Positions 39,035 to 49,900 of a stretch of DNA of 64,000 nt are shown one piece after another. Within the stretch, counting starts at the first letter, position 1. Each line of letters starts with the position of its first letter. The notes beneath the pieces were generated by a model that was not told where the DNA came from, searched no databases, and saw only the letters and a list, made by a program, of their open reading frames with translations. The stretch is from assembly GCA_963662275.1 (NCBI GenBank), contig OY759316.1, positions 1,408,001 to 1,472,000 of the forward strand, in the 5' to 3' direction. Source of the stretch: Candidatus Cloacimonadales bacterium (GTDB taxonomy: Bacteria; Cloacimonadota; Cloacimonadia; Cloacimonadales; DAONDQ01). Both the position numbers and the translations under genes were made by a program.

Positions 39035-40927
39035 GGAGATGTCCCGAAACTAAATGATAGAAAAATAGCAACTATTAAATATTAATCATATTACTTGACA
39101 TATTGTTATAGGGTGTATTGTTGCCTTTAAAAACTAAGCATAGAGAGAATTATGAATTTCAGAGAGCACAATCCGAATCAGGGGACACTCTATGGACTTA
39201 ATATTGAAGAGAGAATACCTCCCCAGCACATGGTTCGTTATGTTAACGATGTCGTTGAGCAACTGGACTTATCTGAGCTATATACAAGATACTCTGATGA
39301 AGGTACACCTGCTTATCATCCCAAGATGATGTTGAAGATCATTGTATACGCCTATATCAATGGTATTTATACCTGTCGGAAGATAGCTAAGGCTGTTCGG
39401 GAGAACATCAATTTTATCTGGCTGGCAGGAGAACAGGAACCTGATTTCAGAACGATCAACACCTTTGCCTGGACTAAGTGTTCTGATATTCTTATTGATG
39501 TATTTTATCAGGTAGTACTGAAAGCATCATCATTAGGATATCTTGATCTCGACACCTGTTTTGTTGACGGGACGACGATTCACGCAAATGCCGGCAAGAA
39601 TTCCTACATCTGGAAAAGCAATGCGCTTCGTTATCAGGAACTGGTCAAGACACGAGTTGAGGGATTGTTTAAAAAGATCGAGGAATATAATCAGGAAGAG
39701 CAACAGCAATATGGAACCGCTGATCTTCTTGAGCTTGGTGAGCAATTGCATGCGGTTGAATCAGAGAAAACTGCTACAGTCGCATCTGAACAGATCAGAG
39801 ATAGACTGGTCTCAGCAGAAAACAAGCTGAAAGAAGCAATGTCCCGACTACAGAAAAATCATCCGTCAGATACTCGGGCTATCAAGAAAATCAAATCTCT
39901 TTTGCGCGAAATCTCCAAATCAAAGAGCAATGATATAACTAAGCTGGAGAAATATGAGCAACAGCTTGAGATAATTGGAGAAGGACGCAGCAGCACATCC
40001 AAGACTGATAATGATGCCACATTTATGCGATTGAAAAATGGACAGCTGGCACCGGGTTATGTTGCCAGTATCGGAACTTCAGAGCAATTTGTCACAGGCA
40101 TTCACTTATTCAATATCCCTAAAGAAACCGTTGAATTTCCCAATCTCATGGAGCAAATGCATGATGAATTGGGACAATATCCTACCGACGTTGTTGGAGA
40201 TGCTGCCTATGGCACTGCGCTGAATTTGAATTATGCTGCTGAAAAAGAGATAACAAGCTATCTCAAGACCCAGGATTATAAGAGAGATTATCGGGACTCT
40301 CTTCTGACAGGCTTCAGCTATGATGAGGAGCATGATGAGTGGGTCTGTCAATTTAATCGGAGACTGGTCAAAATCAAGGAAGAAGAGACAGAGAAGAACG
40401 GTCCGAAACGAATCGTGAAAACCTATATATGTAATGACTGCAGAGAATGTCCTCACAATAAAAAGTGTATTCCCTACAAGGATAAAACACATAAATCACT
40501 GACCTACGATCCTCATATAGCTCCACTAAAACGTCAGACCGTCAATAATCTGCTTTCTGAAAAAGGCGACAAGCTGAGAAAGCAAAGAGGCATCGAACCG
40601 GAGGCTGTATTTGCTTTCATGAAGTGGAACAGGAAGTTTGAGAGATTTACTGTCCGTTCATTGAGAAAATGCAAGGAACAGTTATCCCTCCTCTTTTTAG
40701 GACATAATATAGGGAAAATGTTTCTGCACTTACAAAATACTGAAGGAAAAGCCTGATGAAGACTCTTCCTACCAGAATTCAAACATGAATTAGGTAAATA
40801 TTACTCCGTTTTTCCTTGTCTTTGCATCGCTTTTCGGAAACTATTGAGTAATTTAGTTTGCCTGTAAAAACAATCACATATTTTACAACAGAAGAAAATA
40901 AAATCATGCTAGTTTCGGGACATCTCC
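39035..40927 (+). mobile_element. IS1182 family insertion sequence (1893 bp)
   Basis: Perfect 18-bp TIRs ggagatgtcccgaaacta / tagtttcgggacatctcc; no target duplication visible. Confidence 0.92.
39152..40756 (+). CDS. IS1182 family DDE transposase
   Basis: AYHPKMMLK, PDFRTI, VDGTTIHANA, SKTDNDATFM, GDAAYG, R..EPEAVF..MK. Confidence 0.93.
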   Translation: MNFREHNPNQGTLYGLNIEERIPPQHMVRYVNDVVEQLDLSELYTRYSDEGTPAYHPKMMLKIIVYAYINGIYTCRKIAKAVRENINFIWLAGEQEPDFRTINTFAWTKCSDILIDVFYQVVLKASSLGYLDLDTCFVDGTTIHANAGKNSYIWKSNALRYQELVKTRVEGLFKKIEEYNQEEQQQYGTADLLELGEQLHAVESEKTATVASEQIRDRLVSAENKLKEAMSRLQKNHPSDTRAIKKIKSLLREISKSKSNDITKLEKYEQQLEIIGEGRSSTSKTDNDATFMRLKNGQLAPGYVASIGTSEQFVTGIHLFNIPKETVEFPNLMEQMHDELGQYPTDVVGDAAYGTALNLNYAAEKEITSYLKTQDYKRDYRDSLLTGFSYDEEHDEWVCQFNRRLVKIKEEETEKNGPKRIVKTYICNDCRECPHNKKCIPYKDKTHKSLTYDPHIAPLKRQTVNNLLSEKGDKLRKQRGIEPEAVFAFMKWNRKFERFTVRSLRKCKEQLSLLFLGHNIGKMFLHLQNTEGKA

Positions 40928-41059
40928 TTATATTGTTTTCGATTCAATTGATCCCCCCATCCACCCATAATTTACATTATGGGCTATCATCTTGCATCTG
41001 TGCGGATTTGGACGGTATTGTTCATTCATTGATCCACCCATAGCTGACGCTATGGGCTA

Positions 41060-42929
41060 GTACGATAGTGATAGATAGAAATCGGATGGGTGCAAGTCCC
41101 ATTTCAGGCTACGTCATGCCTGGTAGTCTATGTAACTGCTTCATCGTGAGATGGGGTGGGGAGTAACAAATGACGAAACAGCAGTCCGTAGGATAACGAA
41201 CTCGATTCGGCAGGATACAATGTCGAGCTTGCTAGCCTTAAGCGAAGACCAAAATCTTCTGGAATGATGCACTTCGGGTGAACCGGAGTTTCCCCCGGAA
41301 GATGGCAGACAGGCTGAGATGACGTGCAAAAGCCATGTACTGATTGTATCAAGTGACTGGAGACGGAATGTTGTGAAGGTTTCTATCTCAAGCTATGAGA
41401 CCTGCTGATGGGAAGAGACATCAGCAGGAGTCAGAGTGTTCATAGTAGCGATGATATTCAGGACACTATAACCTGAAAGTAGCGAAGGGGCACAGGAAAA
41501 TGAATTTTGAAAGGAGTATTGATGGAAGATCAACGTTCATTATTGCCGAAAACGGCTAAACAAGAACGAGAAATCCCTCCGCAATGGAGTTGGGTGGAAC
41601 CGTCAGTATGGTCTGACAAAATGTTGGCAGCGCTCGAAATGGGCGTCAAAGGTGGAAAATGGTTCAGTCTGATAGACAAGGTATATGCCATGGCAAACCT
41701 TGCATCAGCTTGGAAACACGTGGCATCCAACAGAGGTAGTGCCGGTATCGACAATGTCAGCATCCAGCACTACAAAAGACATGCGCTGGCAAGATTAGTA
41801 CGAACCTCCGAACTGTTGCAAAAGGAAGCGTATCAACCCAATGGAATCAAACGTGTCTGGATAGATAAACCGGGCAGTAAGGAAAAGAGACCTTTGGGCA
41901 TACCGACCGTCACGGACAGAGTAGTACAAACAGCACTGCGCAATGTAATCGAACCGATATTTGAACAGGGATTTGCCGAACACAGTTATGGCTTTCGTCC
42001 CAAACGCGACTGCAAAGATGCTTTAAGACAAGTCGATGGACTTCTCAAGCAGGGATACGTCTTTGTTGTGGATGCAGACCTGAAAGGATACTTTGACAGT
42101 ATACCGCAGGACAAGCTGATGAAGCGTGTAGGAGAAAAGATAGCAGACGGGAAAGTTCTGAATCTTATCAATGACTATTTGAATCAAAAAGTAATGGATA
42201 CAACGTCAACCTGGACACCGGAAACGGGAACACCTCAGGGAGCAGTTATCAGTCCATTACTGGCAAACATTTATCTGAATCCTCTGGACTGGCTTATGGC
42301 AGGCAAAGGCTATAGAATGATACGCTATGCGGATGATTTTGTAGTCATGTGTCAAAGTCGAGAGGAAGCAGAAATGGCTTTATGTACAATAGGCGAATGG
42401 GTTGAAAAAGCAGGTCTGGTTTTGCATCCTGAAAAGACTAAAATACTGGACGCAGAAACGGAAGCGGTGGAATTTTTAGGATACCACTTCTTCAAGGGTA
42501 AAAGATACCCCAGACAGAAGAGTATCAACAAGTTCAAAGACAGCATCCGTAAATGTACCGGACGCAGTAATGCCCACAGCTTACAAACCATAATAGCTAA
42601 AATCAAGCCGATTCAAAGAGGTTGGTTCGAGTATTACAAACACTGTTACAAAACAGTCTTTCCTAACTTGGATGGCTGGGTAAGACACAGGCTACGCAGT
42701 ATCCTCAGAAAGAGGAAAAAGCGCTATGGTATTGCCACAGGAAAAGACAATATCAGGTATCCAAATTACATCTTTGATAATGCTGGGTTTTTCTCATTAA
42801 CCAAAGCCCATCAGGAATTATGTCAATCTCTTAAATGAGAACTCGTTTTCTGGAGAGCCGTATGCGGGAGAACCGCACGTACGGTTCGGAGGGAGGGGAG
42901 CCAGTAATGGATTACTCCCCTACCCCTAT
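41060..42929 (+). mobile_element. Group II intron (1870 nt) inserted in a REP
   Basis: Starts GTACG, ends CCCCTAT; DV gagccgtatgcgggagaaccgcacgtacggttc at 42855-42887 and DVI; removal restores tatgggcta|tcatcttgcatc as in the uninterrupted copy at 40978-40998. Confidence 0.92.
41522..42838 (+). CDS. ltrA: Group II intron reverse transcriptase/maturase without endonuclease domain
   Basis: RPLGIPTVTDR, SYGFRP, DADLKGYFD, GTPQGAVISPLLANIYL, RYADD, FLGY, GWFEYY; ATG 41522 after AAGGAG. Confidence 0.95.
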   Translation: MEDQRSLLPKTAKQEREIPPQWSWVEPSVWSDKMLAALEMGVKGGKWFSLIDKVYAMANLASAWKHVASNRGSAGIDNVSIQHYKRHALARLVRTSELLQKEAYQPNGIKRVWIDKPGSKEKRPLGIPTVTDRVVQTALRNVIEPIFEQGFAEHSYGFRPKRDCKDALRQVDGLLKQGYVFVVDADLKGYFDSIPQDKLMKRVGEKIADGKVLNLINDYLNQKVMDTTSTWTPETGTPQGAVISPLLANIYLNPLDWLMAGKGYRMIRYADDFVVMCQSREEAEMALCTIGEWVEKAGLVLHPEKTKILDAETEAVEFLGYHFFKGKRYPRQKSINKFKDSIRKCTGRSNAHSLQTIIAKIKPIQRGWFEYYKHCYKTVFPNLDGWVRHRLRSILRKRKKRYGIATGKDNIRYPNYIFDNAGFFSLTKAHQELCQSLK

Positions 42930-42969
42930 TCATCTTGCATCCGTGCGGATTTGGACGGATAAGATATTA

Positions 42970-43413
42970 TCATGAATTATGATCATTTATTACCGGATAT
43001 CCATGGGCAATTAAGAATTTGTTGAATTCTTCCTGATAATCGATCTTTTTGTGATGTTCTTCCTGGTTTTGAATGTACTCTTTCACTTGAGGGATATTGG
43101 ATTTGCTAACGCTGAAAATGCCATATCCAATTTGCCAATGAAATTCGCCTTCATATGTTTCATGCATCCATTTGCTTGAATTAGCCTTGATTGTTCTAAT
43201 AAAATCAGAAATACCCATGTCTTTTGGAAGAAGAGCCAGGATGTGGACATGATCTTCGGTGCCATTCATTTGAATGACCTTACCTTGAACGTTACGGATA
43301 ATTCCGGTTATATATTCAAAAAGACGAGTTCGGACTTCCTGATTGAGCCAAGGGTTGCGGTTTTTGGTTGTAAATATGATGTGTGCAGCTACATGAAAAT
43401 ATGAATGCGGCAT
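42970..43413 (-). CDS. tnpA: IS200/IS605-superfamily Y1 HUH transposase, probably REP-associated
   Basis: HIIFTTK, DHVH, IKANSS, WQIGY, YIQNQ; REP modules on both sides; no tnpB. Confidence 0.9.
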   Translation of the reverse strand: MPHSYFHVAAHIIFTTKNRNPWLNQEVRTRLFEYITGIIRNVQGKVIQMNGTEDHVHILALLPKDMGISDFIRTIKANSSKWMHETYEGEFHWQIGYGIFSVSKSNIPQVKEYIQNQEEHHKKIDYQEEFNKFLIAHGYPVINDHNS

Positions 43414-43491
43414 GGTTACCTCCGAGGTTTCCTTTTAATTGTTTCTATCATGAATTAATATGAATCCTATGTCAAATTGTTTTTTTTTGAT

Positions 43492-43935
43492 AGATGATAG
43501 CCATAGCGTTGTACATGTTTGCCAGATGATAGCCCATAGCGTAAGCTATGGGACGGCGAGTAGATTTTTTTAAACATTTGTGCCAGATAATAGCCCATAG
43601 CGTAAGCTATGGGGAAGGAATTCAATGATTTTGCACACGTTGTGTGCCAGATGATAGCCCATAGCGTAAGCTATGGGAAAGGGATTCAATGATTTTTAAC
43701 ACGTTGTGTGTTAGATGATAGCCCATAGCGTAAGCTATGGGGATACGTTGAATGGGAAATGTTGATAACGAGGTGTCACCCCGACGTGGTTTATATTGTT
43801 TTCGATTCAATTGATCCCCCCATCCACCCATAATTTACATTATGGGCTATCATCTTTCATCCGTGCGGATTTGGACGGTATTGTTCATTCATTGATCCAC
43901 CCATAATTTACATTATGGGCTATCATCTGGCATCC
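43492..43935. repeat. Right REP module of tnpA locus
   Basis: Four full and one partial forward REP, then two inverted variants cccataatttacattatgggctatcatct. Confidence 0.9.
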
Positions 43936-44146
43936 TTGTGGGATTTAAATTTAACAGGATATCGTAACCTGCTTACTCAATAGTGGCAATGACAGGATAT
44001 TTGAACGGAGTTAAGAATAACAGACTTTACTCAATTCATCGGGCTGAAGAATCAATCTATAAGCCTATCCAGAAAAATCTGATTGACACGAAAACTGAAT
44101 CAATGATAAGCGAACTAGAAGAAAATATTACTATTATGGAGGATTT

Positions 44147-45391
44147 ATGTCAGACCAGTTGATATACGGTACCATCGGTTCGCAGGAAGCCATTGAGTTA
44201 GAAGAGAAATATGGAGCACACAATTATCATCCTCTTCCTGTTGTATTAGCCAAAGGACTAGGACCTTTTTTATGGGATCCGGAAGGAAATCGTTATTTTG
44301 ATTTTCTTTCAGCTTATTCGGCTGTCAACCAGGGACATTGCCACCCAAAGATTATTAAGGCACTTTGTGATCAAGCTCAGGAATTAACCTTAACTTCACG
44401 TGCTTTCTTCAACAACAAGCTTGGCGAGTATGAAAGGTTCATCACAGAGTTTTTCAACTATGATATGGTCTTACCCATGAATTCAGGTGCTGAAGCTGTG
44501 GAAACAGCTTTAAAACTTGCCCGTAAATGGGGATACGAAGTGAAGGGTATTGATAAGGATAAAGCGATCTTAATCTTTTGCGAAGGTAATTTCCATGGTC
44601 GTACTCTAGCTGTTGTTTCAGTATCAACCGATCCTGATTGTTATGGAAATTTTGGTCCTTTCATACCTGGCATGATAACAATACCCTACAACGATCCTGA
44701 AGCCTTGAAAGCGGTTTTAGAGAAGCACGGAAAGAATGTTGCCGGTTTCATTGTTGAACCAATACAAGGTGAAGCTGGTGTATATGTTCCAAATGATGGA
44801 TATCTGAAACAGTGTTATGATCTTTGTAAGCAGAATAATGTACTCTTTATCGCAGATGAAGTCCAGACCGGCATAGCCCGTACCGGCAGACTGATCGCAT
44901 GTGATTATGAAAATGTCAGACCCGATATATTAATTCTCGGAAAAGCTCTTTCAGGTGGAGTTCTACCTATTTCTGCCTGTTTGGCAGATCGTGATATTAT
45001 GATGGTGATCAAACCTGGGCAGCATGGTTCTACCTTTGGTGGTTTTCCATTAGCATGTGCAGTGGCGAAAGCAGCTTTGGAAGTAGTTCGGGATGAAAAG
45101 CTAACCGAGCGCTCATTTAGCCTGGGTGAGTTGTTCCGCTCCGAGTTACGCAAGATAGATAATCCCATGATCAAAATTATACGCGGAAAAGGATTGCTCA
45201 ATGCAATCGTCGTTGAGCCAAAAGCTGGTGTCGAAGCTTGGGATGTATGTCTCATGCTGAAAGAACGTGGATTGTTATGCAAACCGACACATAGACATAT
45301 CATCCGCCTGGCACCTCCTTTAACGATCACAGAAGCTGAGTTAATGGAAGCTGCAGATATTATCAAACAAGTATTCCAGGATTTGAAATAA
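44147..45391 (+). CDS. rocD: Ornithine--oxo-acid aminotransferase
   Basis: [43 protein letters not shown]. Confidence 0.95.
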   Translation: MSDQLIYGTIGSQEAIELEEKYGAHNYHPLPVVLAKGLGPFLWDPEGNRYFDFLSAYSAVNQGHCHPKIIKALCDQAQELTLTSRAFFNNKLGEYERFITEFFNYDMVLPMNSGAEAVETALKLARKWGYEVKGIDKDKAILIFCEGNFHGRTLAVVSVSTDPDCYGNFGPFIPGMITIPYNDPEALKAVLEKHGKNVAGFIVEPIQGEAGVYVPNDGYLKQCYDLCKQNNVLFIADEVQTGIARTGRLIACDYENVRPDILILGKALSGGVLPISACLADRDIMMVIKPGQHGSTFGGFPLACAVAKAALEVVRDEKLTERSFSLGELFRSELRKIDNPMIKIIRGKGLLNAIVVEPKAGVEAWDVCLMLKERGLLCKPTHRHIIRLAPPLTITEAELMEAADIIKQVFQDLK

Positions 45392-45403
45392 ATAATCCAA
45401 ATG

Positions 45404-45426
45404 AGCGGACGAAAGTCCGCTTTTTT
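45404..45426 (+). terminator. Intrinsic terminator after rocD
   Basis: agcggac-gaaa-gtccgct + T-run. Confidence 0.85.
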
Positions 45427-45445
45427 ATTAAACACGGGAGAATGC

Positions 45446-46252
45446 ATGGAACAAATCATATCAAATTTACATGATCTGTTATTGAGATGGACTTCAACTG
45501 AACGTATCAGTGAAATTCTTCGTTTGATACTGATTATTGTCATTGGTTTTCCTTTTGTTCAATCCGTGGCAAAACTCAGCAGGAAGTTATCAAAGAACAG
45601 GCTGACACCCCAGACAGAGATGCTGATAAACAGGGCAATTCTATACATTGGGTATCTCATTTTGATTGTAACTGTGCTGAATGAACTCGGATTTAAGCTT
45701 TCTGCTTTGTTAGGAGCTGCGGGTATACTAGGTATTGCCATTGGTTTTGCTTCCCAGACAAGTGTATCCAATATCATCAGCGGAGTATTTCTAATCTCAG
45801 AGAAGCCATTTATGGTTGGTGAAGTGATTCAAAGTGGAGAAACCATCGGAACAGTACATTCCATCGACCTTCTTTCAGTTAAATTGCATACATTTGATAA
45901 TCGGTTTGTTCGAATACCCAATGAAGATTTGATTAAAGCTCGTATTTTTAATAATAGCCGTTTACCTATCAGAGCTGTGGAAATCAAAATTACCATACCC
46001 TATAAAGAGAACCTCGGACAGGTTATGAATCTCTTCAAAAAAGAGGCAGAGGCAAATCCACTTACTCTCAAGAAACCAGAAGTACAAATTGCTGCAGAAA
46101 GTATTACCACACAGGGAGTAGTGCTTGTTGTCAGTGCCTGGACTAATACTGAGAATTATGCAAGTCTGAAGACTTCACTCGTAACCAGCATCTATGAATG
46201 TTTTACAAGGGAAAATATCGCTTTCCCATCTCCATCCATGACGATAAATTAA
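45446..46252 (+). CDS. Small-conductance mechanosensitive channel (MscS family)
   Basis: GAAGILGIAIGFASQTSVSNIISG, PF.VGE.I, RIPN. Confidence 0.92.
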   Translation: MEQIISNLHDLLLRWTSTERISEILRLILIIVIGFPFVQSVAKLSRKLSKNRLTPQTEMLINRAILYIGYLILIVTVLNELGFKLSALLGAAGILGIAIGFASQTSVSNIISGVFLISEKPFMVGEVIQSGETIGTVHSIDLLSVKLHTFDNRFVRIPNEDLIKARIFNNSRLPIRAVEIKITIPYKENLGQVMNLFKKEAEANPLTLKKPEVQIAAESITTQGVVLVVSAWTNTENYASLKTSLVTSIYECFTRENIAFPSPSMTIN

Positions 46253-46260
46253 AGGTTGTT

Positions 46261-46944
46261 ATGAAAGATAAATCTGAAGTATTTTCACAATTGAAAGGTG
46301 TCATTTTTGATCTTGATGGTACTTTAATCAATACCCTTGATGATATAGCTGTTACCATGAATGCTGTTTTACGGCAAAATGATATGCCTTCACATCCTAC
46401 AGAAAAATACAAGTTTCTTGTTGGTGAAGGTATCTTTGAATTAACAAAAAAAGTGCTTCCTCCTAAGCAATGGAGTGAACAAAATGCTAAAGAATTTGTT
46501 CAAAGATTCCGTACTTTATATGATCAGACTTGGCATGATAAATCACTTCCTTATCCGGGTATCATAGATATGCTCAAAACGTTGGAAGATAAGGGCATCA
46601 AGATTGGTGTTCTATCAAATAAACCTGATTCCTTCGTGCAAAAGATCATTGCCTGGTTCTTTCCTGATATTCATTTTGTAGGAATTTCCGGTGAACTGGT
46701 AAATATCCCGGCAAAACCTAATCCCCTGCTCGCATTGAAAATAGCCCAGGATATGGAATTGGCAGTTGAACAAATCGCTTTTGTTGGAGATAGTGGTATC
46801 GATATTCAAACAGGTTTAAATGCTGGAATGAAACCTGTGGGAGTTAGCTGGGGATTTAGACCGGTCGAGGAATTGATTTCCACTGGAGCATCCATGATTG
46901 TGAATACTCCAGCAGAAATGATATTCCTATTTGAAAAACCTTAA
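46261..46944 (+). CDS. HAD family hydrolase (phosphoglycolate phosphatase-like)
   Basis: FDLDGTL, LSNK, KPNP, VGDSGID, GVSWG. Confidence 0.9.
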   Translation: MKDKSEVFSQLKGVIFDLDGTLINTLDDIAVTMNAVLRQNDMPSHPTEKYKFLVGEGIFELTKKVLPPKQWSEQNAKEFVQRFRTLYDQTWHDKSLPYPGIIDMLKTLEDKGIKIGVLSNKPDSFVQKIIAWFFPDIHFVGISGELVNIPAKPNPLLALKIAQDMELAVEQIAFVGDSGIDIQTGLNAGMKPVGVSWGFRPVEELISTGASMIVNTPAEMIFLFEKP

Positions 46945-49900
46945 TGAATCATAATTGCTTTCTTCACCCAAGTCTGATGATCGCATTCCATCTTAAAGAA
47001 ATAAATACCTGAAGCAGTTTCCCTACCACTAGTATCTTTCCCATCCCATTCCATTGAGTATGTTCCAGCACTTTTATTACCCTTATCCAGGGTTCTAATA
47101 TGCTCACCTTTCACATTGTATATATCCAATCTAAATGATTGTGCTGGTTTTGCCAGATCGTAATGAATCATGGTTTTTCCCATGAAAGGATTGGGATAAT
47201 TCTGACTTAGCTGAGTGATAACAGGCATAATAGGATCGTTGTTAGACGTGATTGCCTGGTTGATGACATTACTTGTATCCCTGTATATAATCTGACCTTC
47301 AAGAGAGTATTCAGCAACAACATAAAATTCATAGTTTCCTGAGCCGAAGAGAACATGCGTATATTGAGTATCTGTGGTGGTATCTGTGAAATTCAGATTA
47401 TTACGTTTGATATGAACCCGATATGAAGTTGGGGCTATTGATCTACCAATAAGCTTTCGTGATATATCACGTCCCAAAGACCATTGAAGTGTTACATGGT
47501 TGCCTGAAATTGTATCTGTTAGATTGAGAATCGGTTGGTAATATTGAAGTACCAAATCATTCAACATAGTATGTTGGGTTGAAATGACTGAAACCGAATC
47601 CAGTTGCGCCCATTGGTAACCAGGTAAAATAGCTACAACGGATGGATATATTCCTTCGTAAGCCGGTAATATATAGTTACCTTGTGCATCAGGATGTACA
47701 GAGTGCTGATCTGGAAGTGCCATTAATTCTACCTGTGTGATATCACCAGTCCCGCCATCCAGGGTAACATGACCTTGAAAATATCCTGGTAAATGATGAA
47801 TACCTCCGACAAAGATATCATCAAGAATGAAGGGTGTAAATTCAATCTGAGCGTGTGGTGAAGCATAAAAACAGATATTCAGGCTCCAAGATTCCAGGGT
47901 TATGGGGAATGATATATTCATGTAGGTGGGAGTATTAACTATAGCTGTATCTGACCAGGCAGTTACCCAAGATGCTTGATCAAAGGAGTACAAACATCCA
48001 TATTCGCAATGCTCATTCAGATTCATATAATTAAACTTAATATTCAATGCTTGGAGGTCATTTCCATTAAGTAATGGAAGTATTAAGTATGAACCATTAT
48101 ACGAACCTGCATCAAAAACAGCTTCTTTACCCTGCGTATGAATATATTGAGCATTCTCGATCGTCACATTCTGCATTGTTAATAAGGGATTCTGCACAGA
48201 TAAACTATCCAGGTTATTCGAAAATAATGGATCTGGAATACCTACAATCAATTCCTGGGTATTCGACCAACTATAACTTCCTGACTGTGCACATACCTGG
48301 TAGTTGCAAATCGACCCTGATGGATAATTCGGAGGTATCTGAATTTGGAAGGATAGCGGAACGACAGTTCCTGATGTAAAATTTACTACATGATTGGCTG
48401 GCAGGATGTTCCATTGTGTCGGGAAGATCGGAAAGACAGATGTTTGTGCGATTGCTATCGCTGAAATATTCTTTAATGATAAATTGAGAGTGACCGTTTC
48501 ACCGGGTTCAGGATACTGATTATTGTTATCCGAAAAAGAAGCACTTATCAGTTGAAGATCTGGTGCATGTGCAACGATGGAGAATTGCAATTCATAGGTT
48601 TTGCTGCCAGCAAGAATGTGCATAGTAAGTGGAATCGAATGCAGATTTGGAACATTCCCTAAGACATGGATTTGTAATGGCTGTGTCGGAGTAGCATCCT
48701 GGTAATAAGAAATCGCCGGTAGGGTTGAATTTGCATTCAGCAAAGTCACATATTGATCAGTTGTCGTTAAAACTAGATTTGATGCAGGCAAGTCATCTTG
48801 ACCTTGATTACGGATAGTCAGATTAATAGTCACAGTTTCTCCAAAATCAGCCTGACTATTGTTATTCCCCGCAGGATCAGAGATTGAAATTGAAGAAATC
48901 ACCGGACGAGGATTCACGGTGATTGGATTGATACTGATAAACCGTAAGGCTGTCTGATTTGCCAAAGGTCTCGCAGATGTTGGATATAAATTGGAATGAG
49001 TATATTGCAATCCAATACTTCCCGTATTATCGCCAATTCCCACGGTTGCATATTCACCATGTGTGAGATAATCCCCGATATAGCTACCTGCATCCACATT
49101 GTTGATAGTTTTATACTGAAAAGTAATGGTATTATCAGATGAAGTTGTGGAATCAGTTGGTGCATCATGAATCCAAGCAGCGAAAGTTTCTATGGAGCTG
49201 GAATTATAGCAGTTTTTCAATCGTGACCATTCAATGATCAACGCATGTAATTCAGGTCGATATTGATAGAATACATTGCCCCCATTAATCGTGAGAAGAT
49301 CATCCCAAAATGGTGCAATAATCGGTTTTGGAACCATTGGACCGGGGATTGACCAGTTCATCCATTCCACACTTCCATTCGATCCGGGCATAATATAACC
49401 ATTACTGCAGATAGTAACATGAGTATATATCTGGCCGTAAAATTTAAAAGAAAATGGCAGTGAAATTGTAGAAAATACTCCGCTGCCGGTTGTGTCATTA
49501 TCGAGAAAATTCAAACCAGTTCCCGTTCCTGCGAGTGTTGGATCAAGTTCAATCCATTGATATGCAGGTGTATAAGCAGAACCAGTATCCCGGCTTTCTA
49601 TACAATAATAACCGTACATATCAGGACCGCTAGGATCATTCAAAGTGGATTGACCTACCTGGATATTAAAGGGAATATCCTGTCCCCATCCGCTATCAGT
49701 ATACATATGAAGCTGAAGAGTGATAATCTGACCATTGATAGCTTCCGTTCCAATTTGAATCTGGTAAGGAATATTCGTTGTATAAGATGTTCCTGCAGGT
49801 ATGGAAGAAATATCCTGGCTGTCTGTGGGGAAGTTGATCATAGTATAGGGAGTCCGTAAACGGGTATGAATTTGTAACCCATTCCACAGACTGAGGTTTT

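Noticed and set aside
41522..42838. DGR, retron or defence-associated RT
   Set aside because: Clear DV/DVI, maturase domain and precise exon junctions show a group II intron; no TR/VR pair seen.
42970..43413. IS605-type element with TnpB/omega RNA
   Set aside because: No tnpB or iscB ORF is adjacent.
44905..45543. 212-aa minus-strand ORF
   Set aside because: Antisense shadow of rocD with no recognisable motif.
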